The notes below the pieces were generated by a model, which was not told where the DNA came from, did not search any database, and saw nothing but the letters and a program-made list of their open reading frames with translations. A DNA stretch of 64,000 nt, from positions 2,976,001 to 3,040,000 of the forward strand of contig OZ365116.1 in the NCBI GenBank assembly GCA_977030845.1, given 5' to 3'. The position numbers and the translations under genes are program-made. Shown piece by piece: positions 13,001-25,403 of the stretch. Positions within the stretch are counted from its first letter, which is position 1. Each line of letters opens with the position of its first letter. Origin of the DNA: Fimbriosthenelais zetlandica. Lineage: Eukaryota.

Positions 13001-16000
13001 AACTATTTCTGGCTGCCGTCCGAGAAGAGCTGGCCATTTGGTCCCAACAGAGTGTTTCCTAAACCCTTCTAGTTCTGATAAAGATGAACAATTTCTGCCA
13101 GAATGTTAAACAAATATTCACTCACTTATCTGCTAAATGTATCCTTCCACTAACCCTCAATCTATCCAGTGGCTGACCAAACAATCGGAGAGATGGAAAG
13201 TTTACAGATAATAAAACGACCATCTGGTGAAGATCCCATAATTTATAGGGCTTCATAAATAATGGGGTGGTGAGGCCGATGTTTGGTCGGTGAGGTGTCA
13301 TATAGTATGGGCTCCTGTATTGATGATCAATGATATAGCTAGTCGCATTATACATCTAGTTGACTTTGATCATAATATCATTGCTCCCTTGGTGAAGCCT
13401 CTACCCATATACATGCCAGTAGTCTATGTTTTGTCTGGCTAGGACTGACCCTCTACTTTATTCATGAGTTTGTGGGGTGCCGGGTGATGGTCAGTTATAT
13501 CTGATATTCGGGGGTTAATCCGTCTCCCCCACCACTCACATCGCTTGGTGAATACAGACGCATTATTATTATACCTCCTGGTCATTCTCTGTTGATTGCC
13601 ATTCTCCAGTGTCAGCTATTTGTTAGCTCGGCTTTCATTTCAGTTAATCTATATTAGTTATAGAGTTCCCTGACAATGGGAAACACTACAAGTATCTCAT
13701 CTCTCATTCTTGCTGCAGTTTAGATGAATACTCGTGTTGCAATTTACAAATGTTACACAAGAAGTTTACTTTCAACAGAGAGTTTACTTTCAAATAGACT
13801 TCATAATCGTGAATCACTGATGAAACTAAAGGTGTCAGTTTCTTTTGTCCAAGTCTCTTCCCAAACACTTACGCAACACATCTGAAGTTAAATAACTAAT
13901 TAATTAAAATTGAAGTAATTAATTAGTAATATTATATCGTATCACCTGCCAGTTGGAACATTAGAAGTTTTTCATTGTCCAGTAAAATCGTTCAGATGCT
14001 GATTAAATGATCTACCTTTGGAGTTTGAGGAAGCACCTGGTTCTTGGACCATTTTATCAACAGTCACATGAAGTATATAATGAATGGTGTCCTCACAGAT
14101 AAAGAGAGTTGAAATCTGGCGGGGAGGGTTCATACATGGCACAAAATGCTGAGAAGTAATAAAAAAGACAAGCTGGGAAGTGATGTTCATGCTTTATTGC
14201 TGTAAAGGGAGATCCTACCTGACTTCTCCACCTTGTCCCTCTTATCTATCGCCTTTTTACGTCAGGCGCCCTGTCCCTGCCAACATGTCTGTCCTAAGTG
14301 GTCCCTGTATTCCCACTCTGAGCTGTGGAGAGTTCTAGTACCTTCCCATGTCATTAAGGTCGTCATTCCCCAGTATGATTTTCTTATCGATTCCACTCAT
14401 TTCTCCACCATCTGACATCAACTAGAGGTGTGAGTTTCCGTGCAGTATGATGTCACCAATTGTTTAATGTTCACCAGACAGGGAAAGGGACATTTGATGG
14501 AAAAACGGGAGACAAATGAGCCTAGTGGATGCGCCTGTCGCTTGTTATGGGGTTTTTCTGGTGAAACATCTGTTTTGGAGGGTAATTGAGACTGTAACAT
14601 GCTCGCTCCTCTTACCGCCCGCTCATATACTGTCAAACTTACAGCACCATTTACAGCACCATTTACAGCGCCCTGACAAATGTCTTTAACATCCCGCCAT
14701 TTCTCTCTTCACCTGTTCTCTTCTGGCTGAATGTCTCTCGTCATAAATGTCGAATGTTTTGACTCTTGGTCTATGGGCAATGTGACAGTGATTATTGTTT
14801 ATGATAATTATAATCGGCATTTTATAATTAACAGGTGGGAAATTGCTCATAAAAGTCCACCTGTGCTAGAGCGCCACCTTCCATCGTCCGCCGGTACATT
14901 ACTGTGATGCATTTAGAAATAATGACTTTTCATCTGTTAAGTTCTCGCTATCAGTAGCTTGTATTTAATGCTGTGTCAGGTGAATTACTCCCATGACTTT
15001 TACCATGAGGACGATACCACCCCGGACAACTACCCCCTAGTACCTACTATACTTAGTAGGACTATTACCCTCTAGGATAATTATCCTCCCCCATGCAAAA
15101 AAAAACACTGTATGAGTAAATAAAGTGCTGCAGGAATTCCAAAAAAAAACTTGACATCAGGGGTCTGTTTCATAAGGAATATTACCAATGCTAAGTCTCT
15201 GGCTAATATTCGTTTTGAAACGGGCTTCAGGAGCTGTATTGTTCTCATGAGGATCTAAATTTGTGTTTAGAACGAGCCTTCAGCTCCTCCGATCCCTCTC
15301 CCACGACTACAATTACACAGTCAGTAGACAGCAGGGATGTACATTTCTCATTCTCTCTCACTGTTTTCTGTTTTCCGCAGGAAAAAGGGGAAGCGATACT
15401 AGGTAGAACTTAGGATTAACTCTCTTAAGTTGCTGTGAAGAAGAGATCAACTTTCTCTCTTCCCCAGCAGAATGCTTAATGCACCAGTCGCAAGTTCTTG
15501 ATGCTGCAGAAGTAAGAACCTGAGATGGTTGAAATGTGCTGTACATTTGAACATCTTTGATCGCTTCTTGAATTATCTATCTGGGGTGTAAGCTGACAGC
15601 TTTCTTAGTATGTACATGACAATCTAGATCCGACAGTGTGTTCTGAGATTGCTGATAAATAGTTGAAAATGTCAACTTATCCTAATCTGGAAGATCTATT
15701 TCGTAGAGTATGTACACATAGAAAGCTTTCCTTTTGTTGATTCTACATGAAAATGTAGAAAATGTAAAGCGATTTTATAGAGGATTGCTTTTGTGCTCGT
15801 ATGCCCTGCCCCCCCCCCCCCCACCACAGAACGATACCCGAGTAATCAGCCACAAAGAACTTTACTTTAGCACTCGCAGCAGATAGATATTTGTCCAGTG
15901 CCTGTGTCCACAGTCAGGCCTGTCTCCCCATACACTACAGAACCCCTCTCACCAATTTGTATCTGCATAACGCATGCCGCCCGCCACTTCTCACACAGAT

Positions 16001-16354
16001 TAATTCATTTCCCACCAACTGCCAACTCTGTCACATCTCTATAACACAAATCAGGGACTTTAGTGTGAAAAAAATGAATCGCCCTCAGACTTATGACTAT
16101 AATTTACATAGGCATGAGGGAAATAATTGATTCGACTGGTGCCCTCAGACCACCAGGGAGCGGTGAATGTGTGGAGGTTGTGTGAGGCATGGAGTGAGAG
16201 GGAGAGTCTGTGAGATAAGCCTATAGTAGGGGAGTAGATCCAGTAGTGGATAATGATGGGCTGGCTTTCAGCTTTATGATGGATCTCTACCTTATAGAGC
16301 CTGGTCGTGGGTATCACACCCAACATGGAATGCCCCCCAATATATTTTATGTAA

Positions 16355-16549
16355 TGTGTTTTTTCTTTTTTTCCTTCAAATCCATTGAATCCATCGCTAT
16401 ATATAACCTACTTGAACTATTTCAGTTGTCAGATTATTGTTTATGGCAATAGAATTTTACGAAACCATTATGAAATATAGTTCCACTGATATCATCGGTC
16501 AGGATTTATAACATATTGAAGCTTAGCTTTCTGGCTTCTTGGTACATTT
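16355..16549 (+). repeat. Direct repeat of about 200 bp, copy 1 (unclassified interspersed repeat)
   Basis: Aligns by eye with 18680-18889 (shared tatatataaccta, aactatttcag.tgtcagattattgt, tcaggatttat, tattgaagcttag.t.tctggcttcttggt). Confidence 0.8.
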
Positions 16550-17020
16550 TCAGCAATGAACCCGAAGCTGTGGAGAGAGAATTCTCCTGAACATTTACAA
16601 AAAAAAGCAAGATAAGCAGAATATGCGCTAGAAACGTGAGATCTGTTGAACGTAAAATGGCAGATTTCTCACATTACATCGTAGATAAGATACCCAAGAT
16701 AATAACACAATCAGTGTAAAGGTCAGCAGATGCCTGCTCCATGCCCTCAATACATTCTATATAATCACTAAGGTCAGGATGGGGCCTCCACCTCCCCTCA
16801 ATACATTCTCATCCCATCTTTGACAAGGCCTTTGTTGTCAAGGCAACACGTCAAATTGCCTCCATTTGTCCCAATAGTGACTTCATCCTCAAAACATTCT
16901 GATCAAAACTCAAGTCTTTAAAGGGCAATAATCACAAAGGCAATGAGCTCTGCTTCTTTGGGTGGAGAGAGGGCAATCAGTACAAGTAGACATTTTGTGT
17001 GTATTATAGTCATTATTGTC

Positions 17021-17410
17021 ATGATAAAAGTCTATAATGATTAGGTCTATGATAAAGTCTATAATGATTAGGTCTATGATAAAGACTATAATGATTAGGT
17101 CTATGATAAAGTCTATAATGATTAGGTCTATGATAAAGTCTATAATGATTAGGTCTATGATAAAGTATATAATGATTAGGTCTATGATAAAGTATATAAT
17201 GATTAGGTCTATGATAAAAGTCTATAATGATTAGGTCTATGATAATAGTCTATAATGATTAGGTCTATGATAAAAGTCTATAATGATTAGGTCTATAATG
17301 ATTAGGTTAATGATAAAGTCTATAATGATTAGGTCTATAATGATTAGGTCTATGATAAAGTCTATAATGATTAGGTCTATGATAAAGTCTATAATGATTG
17401 GGTTAATGAT
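17021..17410. repeat. 27-bp AT-rich minisatellite (about 14 copies)
   Basis: Unit atgataaagtctataatgattaggtct, translated as MIKSIMIRS repeats in the ORF track. Confidence 0.92.
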
Positions 17411-18215
17411 GGATGTTTGACCTCAGTGATTACGTGACTAGCTGGTCATTTGTCCATCATCTATATATGGGAGTGATTGCGGTGACCCTTGGCCAGGTCA
17501 CCTTCAGTTTAACATCATCAAATTGGGCTTCCACATGAACGCTGATGCTGGGGCTGATTACATTATTCAGGCACGTGCCAATACCAGTTGTATACAATGA
17601 AATAGGTCTTTGCTTCAGGCAAACAAGCCTGCCTGGGCACCACCTCAACTGGGACATCCCACTAAACAAACCCACCTATAGACTATCCACCTTCTCTCCT
17701 ACTATTGCCAGTTGGAAAAGCTAAAAGCTTGTGGCATACCATCAGATCATTTGGTCCTCCTGGGCCGGTGCCAACAGAAGGGGAAAAAATGGACAAGTGG
17801 ATTTGGATTGAGCTTCTGTTTCCTTTCCCATTCTTCTGGCCAGTGCTTGGCATTTTGTTTTTCAAACCAAACACAAGCGTGAAACAGAAGCCGGGAGAGC
17901 AAAGGTCCATCATGTAGCTTTAAAAAGCACGCGGGTAGAGGGACGGACTCCTGATTGAGTTATTTGATAATGTCATTGATTCCCTCCTTTTTTCTGCACC
18001 CTTTAATTCTCGGTCCTTTTTCTGGTCTTTTTAATTAAATTTTCTGTTCCTTTGAGTTACTTAAGATGCCATAATTGAAGGATTTCACATTCAATACTGA
18101 AGACGCCATAACCCGAAAAATACAGCAAAGTCATTTATCTCTAAAAGTGACATGTTTTAGTATGATTTTAGGAGTGGATTATTCCCGTGTAATGCATTAC
18201 ATCCGTGGTTGGATT

Positions 18216-18315
18216 GTTTACTATGTCCCATTCCTGGGTCGTGTAATATGTCCCATTCCTGGGTCGTTTACTATGTCCCATTCCTGGGTCGTTTTATATG
18301 TCCCATTCCTGGGCT
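18216..18315. repeat. 25-bp minisatellite (4 copies)
   Basis: Unit gtttactatgtcccattcctgggtc repeated four times. Confidence 0.9.
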
Positions 18316-18679
18316 TCTCCCTCCGATCATTGCCTCTATAGGGTTCGATAAAAAGCAAATCTCATTATAGACAAAACGGAATGAAGTCGTGATGTACTTG
18401 ACTTGTTCCCAGGTGGGGTTTTACCTCCTTCATCACCATGCAGGTGCCCTTCCCTTCCTCATTCTCTGCTCACGTTCTCCTCTTCCCTCGTCTCCCATCC
18501 CTCGTCTCCCACCCCTGTACCTCTCCCCCATGCATGGTCCTGGCCATCCCACAGGAGATATTTCACAGAGCTTGACCTTGTTATTGCTCTGTGTCTTTCA
18601 TGGGTTTTCGCTCTTTTGGGTGAAGCTGGAAACCTCCAACTCATACATAATGGTCATGAATACTAGAAGACCACGGTTT

Positions 18680-18889
18680 TGTGCATTTTTTGTTTCTGTT
18701 TTTCTTTCAAATTGAATCCATACTTATATATAACCTATTTAAACTATTTCAGATGTCAGATTATTGTATATGACAATAGTATTAATGAAACTAAACCATT
18801 TGTGATATTATGAAATTACTGTCACTGATATGATGGTTCAGGATTTATGGCGTATTGAAGCTTAGATCTCTGGCTTCTTGGTCTAATTT
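18680..18889 (+). repeat. Direct repeat of about 200 bp, copy 2
   Basis: Diverged copy of 16355-16549 in the same orientation, with one short insertion. Confidence 0.8.
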
Positions 18890-19793
18890 GGTCCTAATTG
18901 GTGGAGTGTGAACTGTCGTCGTTCACCCTGACTCGCGACAATGTCGCCAAATGAATCTGGCATTTCCAGCCTTCAGTGTCAGTGTCAATATGCCAGCATG
19001 GCGTGTCTGTACTGATGTGTTGGTGTACCAAACTAAAACTCTAATATGAGCCGATGCTGAACAATAGTGTTCTTCATGCTAAAAATAATGCTTTTAATAT
19101 TGACTTTCTAATAGCGCAAGACCCAGTTTACTGGACGCAATTTATTTGAGGCATTTGCTAACTATCAGTATACTAATAGTATACCCATCTGATCTGCAGT
19201 TTTCTTACCCACATTTAAGCCCAACGTTTATTGTATTTAAAACACTGACCTTAGTATTTTTGCTAAGATCAAGTTTTTCGATTCTTCATTACAGTTAAAA
19301 AGTTCAACCGTAATTGAACAAATTAAAATGTTTTCATCGTGGTCTCATTTAATTAAGTATGGACCAGGTAATGGCTGTGGTCCTCTCAAACTTGTTAACG
19401 TTTTGTCATGAAACATCCTCATCCTCAGTTATCTTCACATCAGAACAAGCGAGACACAATATAAAAAGTATGAATTCTCATTTAGATATCACAGAACCAT
19501 GGTTTTGATGTTATACAGTATAAGCCAGTATAATGAAGGAAGCAGCATTCCATCTCTGGTGATGTTATTGGTCCAGTGATCTACATATATACTCCTCTAT
19601 CTTATCCCTCATCGCTATCTTGGCATCTCGTGTGTATTGCTACACTGTCTGGTATTTTCTCGTGATGAGCCGGGTTGATCTGATATCACCAACATGCCTG
19701 TAGTCAATATTTCATACTTGAGTCGTGTTCAGACCTCGCACTATGGTCACCTGCATGACAATATTCTCCTGTCTGTCCTGTCTGCATGCCTAA

Positions 19794-20033
19794 AGCCCGA
19801 CATCCACCAGCCCGATTTTCATCCCGATTTTGCGATCTTAAGCGATCACAGGCGATCGGGACCCCAAACAAGGATCCCTTTAGATGATCGGGCTGGTGGA
19901 TGCCAAAATCTTGGGATCAGCGCCGATTTTTCTATAGCAAATCAATAGAAAAATGATCCGTAAGGATTCTAATTTGATCTTTGCCGATCACAAAAATCGG
20001 TGCCCTCAAAGATCGTACAGTGGATGTCGGGCT
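19794..20033. mobile_element. PIF/Harbinger-type MITE, family A, copy 2 (inverted relative to copy 1)
   Basis: Perfect 14-bp TIRs agcccgacatccac / gtggatgtcgggct. TAA TSD at 19791-19793 and 20034-20036. 240 bp. Confidence 0.88.
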
Positions 20034-23000
20034 TAAGTGATGTCTGCATGTCGGGGTGGCTGTTCTTGCCCTGTCTGATTGCAGACTGACTGTTCTTGCC
20101 CTTTGCTCAGTTGAGATGACCGTTTCTTGATTCAGCTTCTGTCTGCAGTATCGTATGACCCGGCAGACTCCTACAAATACTAGCCATGTTTTCACTTTTC
20201 ACATAAAATCACATTGGAGTGATTTGACTTTCAGCTCACACCATTTCCTCATTACAGGAACCTTGTCTCAGCTCAGCTTTTGGATTAGTCAGTTTTATGA
20301 CCCAGCCTCAGTGATGGCTCTCTGAAATTTTAATTGAACAATCAGTGCTGGGGGCGATTCACCTAGATTAACTAAGATGGTTCATCACTAATTAGTGCGG
20401 GTAATAATGATACGTTTAATGATATATAATCCCCCTTCCCCGAATTACCCGCATTTTAATAGCATTCAGTGAGAATGTGCCTAAAATGTCGCCCCATCAC
20501 CTATTTACAACTTGTGTCATTTTTTAGAAACATCTCAATTAATTCATCCTCTTTTTAAACGAACACCATCGGATCCAATTTACTGTCAATTCCTGATCAT
20601 CTGTGCGTTTTAGGAACTTAAATTTGAGCCGATTCCTTGAGGAATTGGAGTGAGGGAATGTACAGTGACTGGTTTAAGTGCCCGTGTGTGGCGGTCTGAT
20701 AGGATTTGGTCCACTGTCGTCTCCAGTGATTTGGTTTACATTGGGGAGAAAATGTACTTGAGAAAATAACAAGTGCCGCTGATGATTTTAAACGACTGGA
20801 AAACGCCCCCCAACAACCGTAGGTCTGATGGAACTCTTCTATTCAACTCCTGCCCCAACGCTTCACTCAATACAACATTGTCATTCTTAGCAAGTTCTTG
20901 AATCCACTAAACTGACCCAATATATATAATTTTATAAAATATATTTCCCAATTTTTTGGTATACTCTTGTGAAAAAGTTTCAGCTATTTTAAAACTAGGC
21001 GTTGTCTAAATTGCTGGCATATCAGATTCAGTGTGAAATGTGTCCAGAGGGTTAATTGGGAATTACTGATGAAAAGCCAGGCTAAGAGTTAACTTGTAGA
21101 GTGGATCTGATTGCCATGCTTTATAAGCTGACCAGCCCTGAGAAAAGCTCACTGACATGGAATCTTGAAGCCCCATCCCCATCCTATTCAAAATCCGTGA
21201 GCAGACTGGAACATCCTTCCATGCAATCTATTTAGCATTTCGGGTGAGAAGTGACACCATTGTTGTGTAGGTAGGAAATAGATGACTGCTTTCTGGCACT
21301 CAAAATGAGTATCTAGCTGGTGGTGTTGAATATTTTAATCATCTCTCACATGCCCTTCAAAATTCACAGAGATTTTTTAGAATATTCTCCTGTCAGGTAT
21401 GTTTCCTAATGACAGCCGTGGAGGATATCATAAAGGGACTATTTTTTTAATTGAAAACCGCGGATGTAGTTAAAACACAAGCTAATTATGTGATGCACAC
21501 TTGGGGCTTGAAATAAGACTGTTTCCAGGAAACACTTGGGACTAATGAGTCGTCTCATCAGGCTTGTTTTCCCGTGGGTTCCACCTAAAATAATGCTTAC
21601 TTTATATAATAAGAATGTTACCAACAGAAAAACGGGTCAACACAGTCATCAAGCTTGTACCGCAATCACAGAGAAGGTGTTTACCACCGAGTGTCAGTAA
21701 TCCTGTGACAGGGTGACAGTAATCTCTATATAAGAGTGAGTACTGCCGCAGGTGACAATTACCCGTATACCTCCCTTATTATAAACAACCTGGTGTACAT
21801 TATTCAGGTAACTACCATGGCAGTTCATGGCCTGTAACCACTGATATACTACCCACTAACAAGACGTTGTAGTCTCCCCGTAAATACGAAGGATTTGGAA
21901 ATGTATTTCCCCTTCCTTGAACTGGACATGTAGTTTTTTTAGCACTAATATATAAGGAATCGCACGTTGGAATGGAAAGTGCTGGAAGGTGAACCCCTAA
22001 ATCTGACTGCAGCTCTGCTAGCCTGCATCTAAAAGGCCCACAGTTAGCAGCAGCTCAGCTAGCCTGCATCTTTACGGTCCTCAGTTAAGCATGCTAGTCG
22101 TTCTTCTTCCGTTAGCATCACGTGCCGAGTTAGAATAGCAATGCAAGGACAATTGGAAACCAATCCTTGCAAAGCCTCAACAGACCTTGTTATTCAGTGT
22201 GTTTTTTTCAGGCCTTGTGTCGGGCCAGCATCAATATCAGTGATGTTTCTGGCCGGGCCACCTCTGATTACAAAGACTGAGTGTGATGGACTGTGACATG
22301 GCATGTCACAGGCCTTGTATAGTGTACCTCCCCAAGTCAGAAGGGTTGTAGTTGTATCATTAAGTCGTGCTGAATGCTAAGTAAATCTAGTCAGTGTTAG
22401 ACTAATCTCATTAAGTAAACCTCAAAGGACGCCAGTAGTATTAACTAATACACTCAGCTTGGAATCTCAAATGAAACAAGGGAATTTGCTTTGGCGTTTC
22501 CTGGCATGAAATCCTTCCCAAAATTGAGCGCTTTTCATCATGTTCACCTATCTAAAATTGAACTCGAAATGAAAAGTTCCAAATATGGCTTCACCTCATA
22601 AGTCTGCTGTATGCCTGAACTACTGAATACCCGTCCCTGATTACAAACTCTATTACGAAGCCATGGCATGTTCACAACCATGGGAGTTATCAGTCATGAC
22701 TCATCAAATTCATGAAAGGCTTTTGCAGAAGCTTTATTTTTGTTGAATTTGTTTCAGGTCAAAGCAATACGAAGGTCCCCAGTAGACTTCCGTTATCAAC
22801 TATGGATGTCTTTCTGAAATACGTTTAGAATCCTCAGTAAAGTGATAAGAATAGAAAATTCCCATCGAACCAAGCAAACATGCGACTGTACATTATAGTA
22901 GTGTTACTGATTTAAACTCTTCACTGTTTCCTTGAAGTTACACAACTTCAAAGTATCCCGTAATGTCTTGGTATTTTTAATTCCTAGAAAGCCAGTTCGT

Positions 23001-23958
23001 GTGAACATATTTCTTTTCAAATACCTGTCCCAAACATTTACTTAGTTCAGGATACACTCGTTCTGACGTAAAATTGCCATTTAATTTGAAAGCTTCAGAT
23101 ATCCAAATTGCCCTTTTAAAGTTAAAAGTTTCAAACACTTATTTAGTTTAGAATTACGGTTGAGAGGTTATAAGTTTAAATCCAATGTCACAGACCAAGT
23201 AACCCATATGGTTCGCATTGGCAATTGCTAGAATGTCCATATAAGGAATGTGAAATATTGCGAGAGAGACAGAGAAGGTGACAGAAAGAGATGATGAGAG
23301 ACAGAGAGGTAGAGTGGAGAGTAGGTGAGAGATAGCACCCAAACCTTTCCCTGTCACCTCTCTTCTCCATCCCCCCTCCCCCCCCCCCCCACCCCCCGCC
23401 CACACCCACTAATAGGTAATCACATGCCGCGTGTAGTGGCCAGATTGCTTACTATGCCCTCATATCATGTTAACTACACTCCACTTAGTTGCTGAGCTTC
23501 ACTGAGACATCCTCCTGATTAATCTCTTCCAAACCCATCTTTTCCTCATTTCCCTCGACCTGAAGCACCATCAGAGGGATATTATCAAGGAATCTTTCTT
23601 TAAGCTTCTTTATTATGAAATCCTGCCCTTGGGTTTGTAACGGTTGAGACCTTGGTGAAAGTGTGAGACTCTGAGACGTGAAATCCATGAGTGAACATGG
23701 AATGTGAAGCTGAGCAATATGACCAGCGGCTGAGAGGCTGAGAGCCGAGACTGGCTCTAGTGGAGGCTGAGAGGACTCCTGGCTTTTATCTGGGTCGGGG
23801 AAGCCCCTTTTGCAGATCGTTATCACTCTGGCAATTATGATATGGAGTGGCGAGGCCAGGGAGGAATGGAAGCTTGTAGAAAAGCCAGCCTTCTCACACT
23901 CTCTGTGGTTTAACTAACGAGATTCCCATCACTGCCTTACCCTGCCCCACCAATCTAA

Positions 23959-24150
23959 AGCCTGTCCCCCACAGCTTGCGACACTACTGCGACAAAGGTG
24001 ATGCTTGTGTTGCAATGAAATTAATATACTGTATCGTGGTCCAAGAGTCCAAGGTCTTAAAGCCGTCCTCTACCGGTACATTTTTCATAGTGACACAAGC
24101 CTTTGTCGCAGTAGTGTCGCAAGCAAAATCGCAGCAGTGGAGTCCCGGCT
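23959..24150. mobile_element. PIF/Harbinger-type foldback MITE, family B, copy 1
   Basis: TAA on both sides (23956-23958, 24151-24153). Imperfect outer TIRs agcctgtcccccac / gtggagtcccggct. Perfect 25-bp internal inverted repeat at 23974-23998 / 24100-24124. Confidence 0.75.
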
Positions 24151-24633
24151 TAACTCGCGGCGATTGAGCGTGAAGGTTTCACTGATCGCCAGGACCGGGA
24201 GGTTCCCAATTAGACTGGCCCTGTCATGAATAGCTCCCCCAAACGGCGCCAATTTCAGCTGTCCCTACTTCTAATCATCGCTCTGGGGATGTGGAGCGAT
24301 GACAGCGACTGTGAGAACATAGAAAAGACCTCAAGAGGAAAGAGCAGGTTAAAAATCACAAACCTTCATGTGGTCAATATTAAAGACAACCTTAATATAT
24401 AGGACACATCTGGCTGCGAGGCTTTCCTTTAAACTTTTATCCTTCACTCGAGAAGATTTCAAAAAGTAATTAGGTTTCTTCTCGTGTATGTGATTAATGA
24501 AAAGAGAAAACACACAGGACTATCACGCGAGCCTTGTAATAAAGTATCTTCTGTAACCACAACTTTGAAGGCAGGTCTCATTTCCTTTTGGCATAATTGC
24601 CTGAAAGACATCCTCCATTTGTCTCTTATAAAC

Positions 24634-25403
24634 TTACAGGAAACTGCACGAAACAGGGTCGATACTGCTTGGTGAATTGTTATAAGAATACTGCACGAAA
24701 CAGGGTCGATACTGCTTGGTGAATTGTTATAAGAATACTGCACGAAACAGGGTCGATACTGCTTGGTGAATTGTTATAAGAATACTGCACGAAACAGGGT
24801 CGATACTGCTTGGTGAATTGTTATAAGAATACTGCACGAAACATGGTCGACACTGCTTGGGGAATTGTTATAAGAATACTGCACGCAACAGGGTCGATAC
24901 TGCTTGGGGAATTGTTCCAGCAATACTGCACGAAACAGGGTTGATACTGCTTGGTGAATTGTTATAAGAATACTGCACGAAACAGGGTCGATACTGCTTG
25001 GGGAATTCTTATAAGAATACTGCACGAAACAGGGTCGATACTGCTTGGGGAATTGTTATAAGAATACTGCACGAAACAGGGTCGATACTGCTTGGTGAAT
25101 TGTTATAAGAATACTGCACGAAACAGGGTCGATACTGCTTGGTGAATTGTTATAAGAATACTGCACGAAACATGGTCGACACTGCTTGGGGAATTGTTAT
25201 AAGAATACTGCACGCAACAGGGTCGATACTGCTTGGGGAATTGTTCCAGCAATACTGCACGAAACAGGGTTGATACTGCTTGGTGAATTGTTATAAGAAT
25301 ACTGCACGAAACAGGGTCGATACTGCTTGGGGAATTGTTATAAGAATACTGCACGAAACAGGGTCGATACTGCTTGGGGAATTGTTATAGGAATACTGCA
25401 CGA
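24634..25403 (+). repeat. 47-bp satellite array 2 (about 16 copies)
   Basis: Same unit with the array-specific variant ttataagaat. Period confirmed (gatactgc at 24661 and 24708). Confidence 0.95.

Noticed and set aside
15360-15420. Plus-strand acceptor ttttctgttttccgcag as an exon of a second gene
   Set aside because: All three frames close within about 12 codons, and no strong donor or partner exons were found.
16745-16810. 15-bp direct repeat ccctcaatacattct as a TSD
   Set aside because: The intervening 34 bp or so is too short and featureless to distinguish from a local duplication.
17457-17675. FN3-like peptide (SISVHVEAQFDDVKLKVTWP)
   Set aside because: Only a vague strand pattern, ending in a stop, with no convincing splice sites.
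21530-21565. Hammerhead ribozyme core (minus-strand CTGATGA followed by a GACT/AGTC hairpin)
   Set aside because: The required GAAA after stem II is absent. No complete hammerhead was seen by eye near the satellite-bearing elements either.
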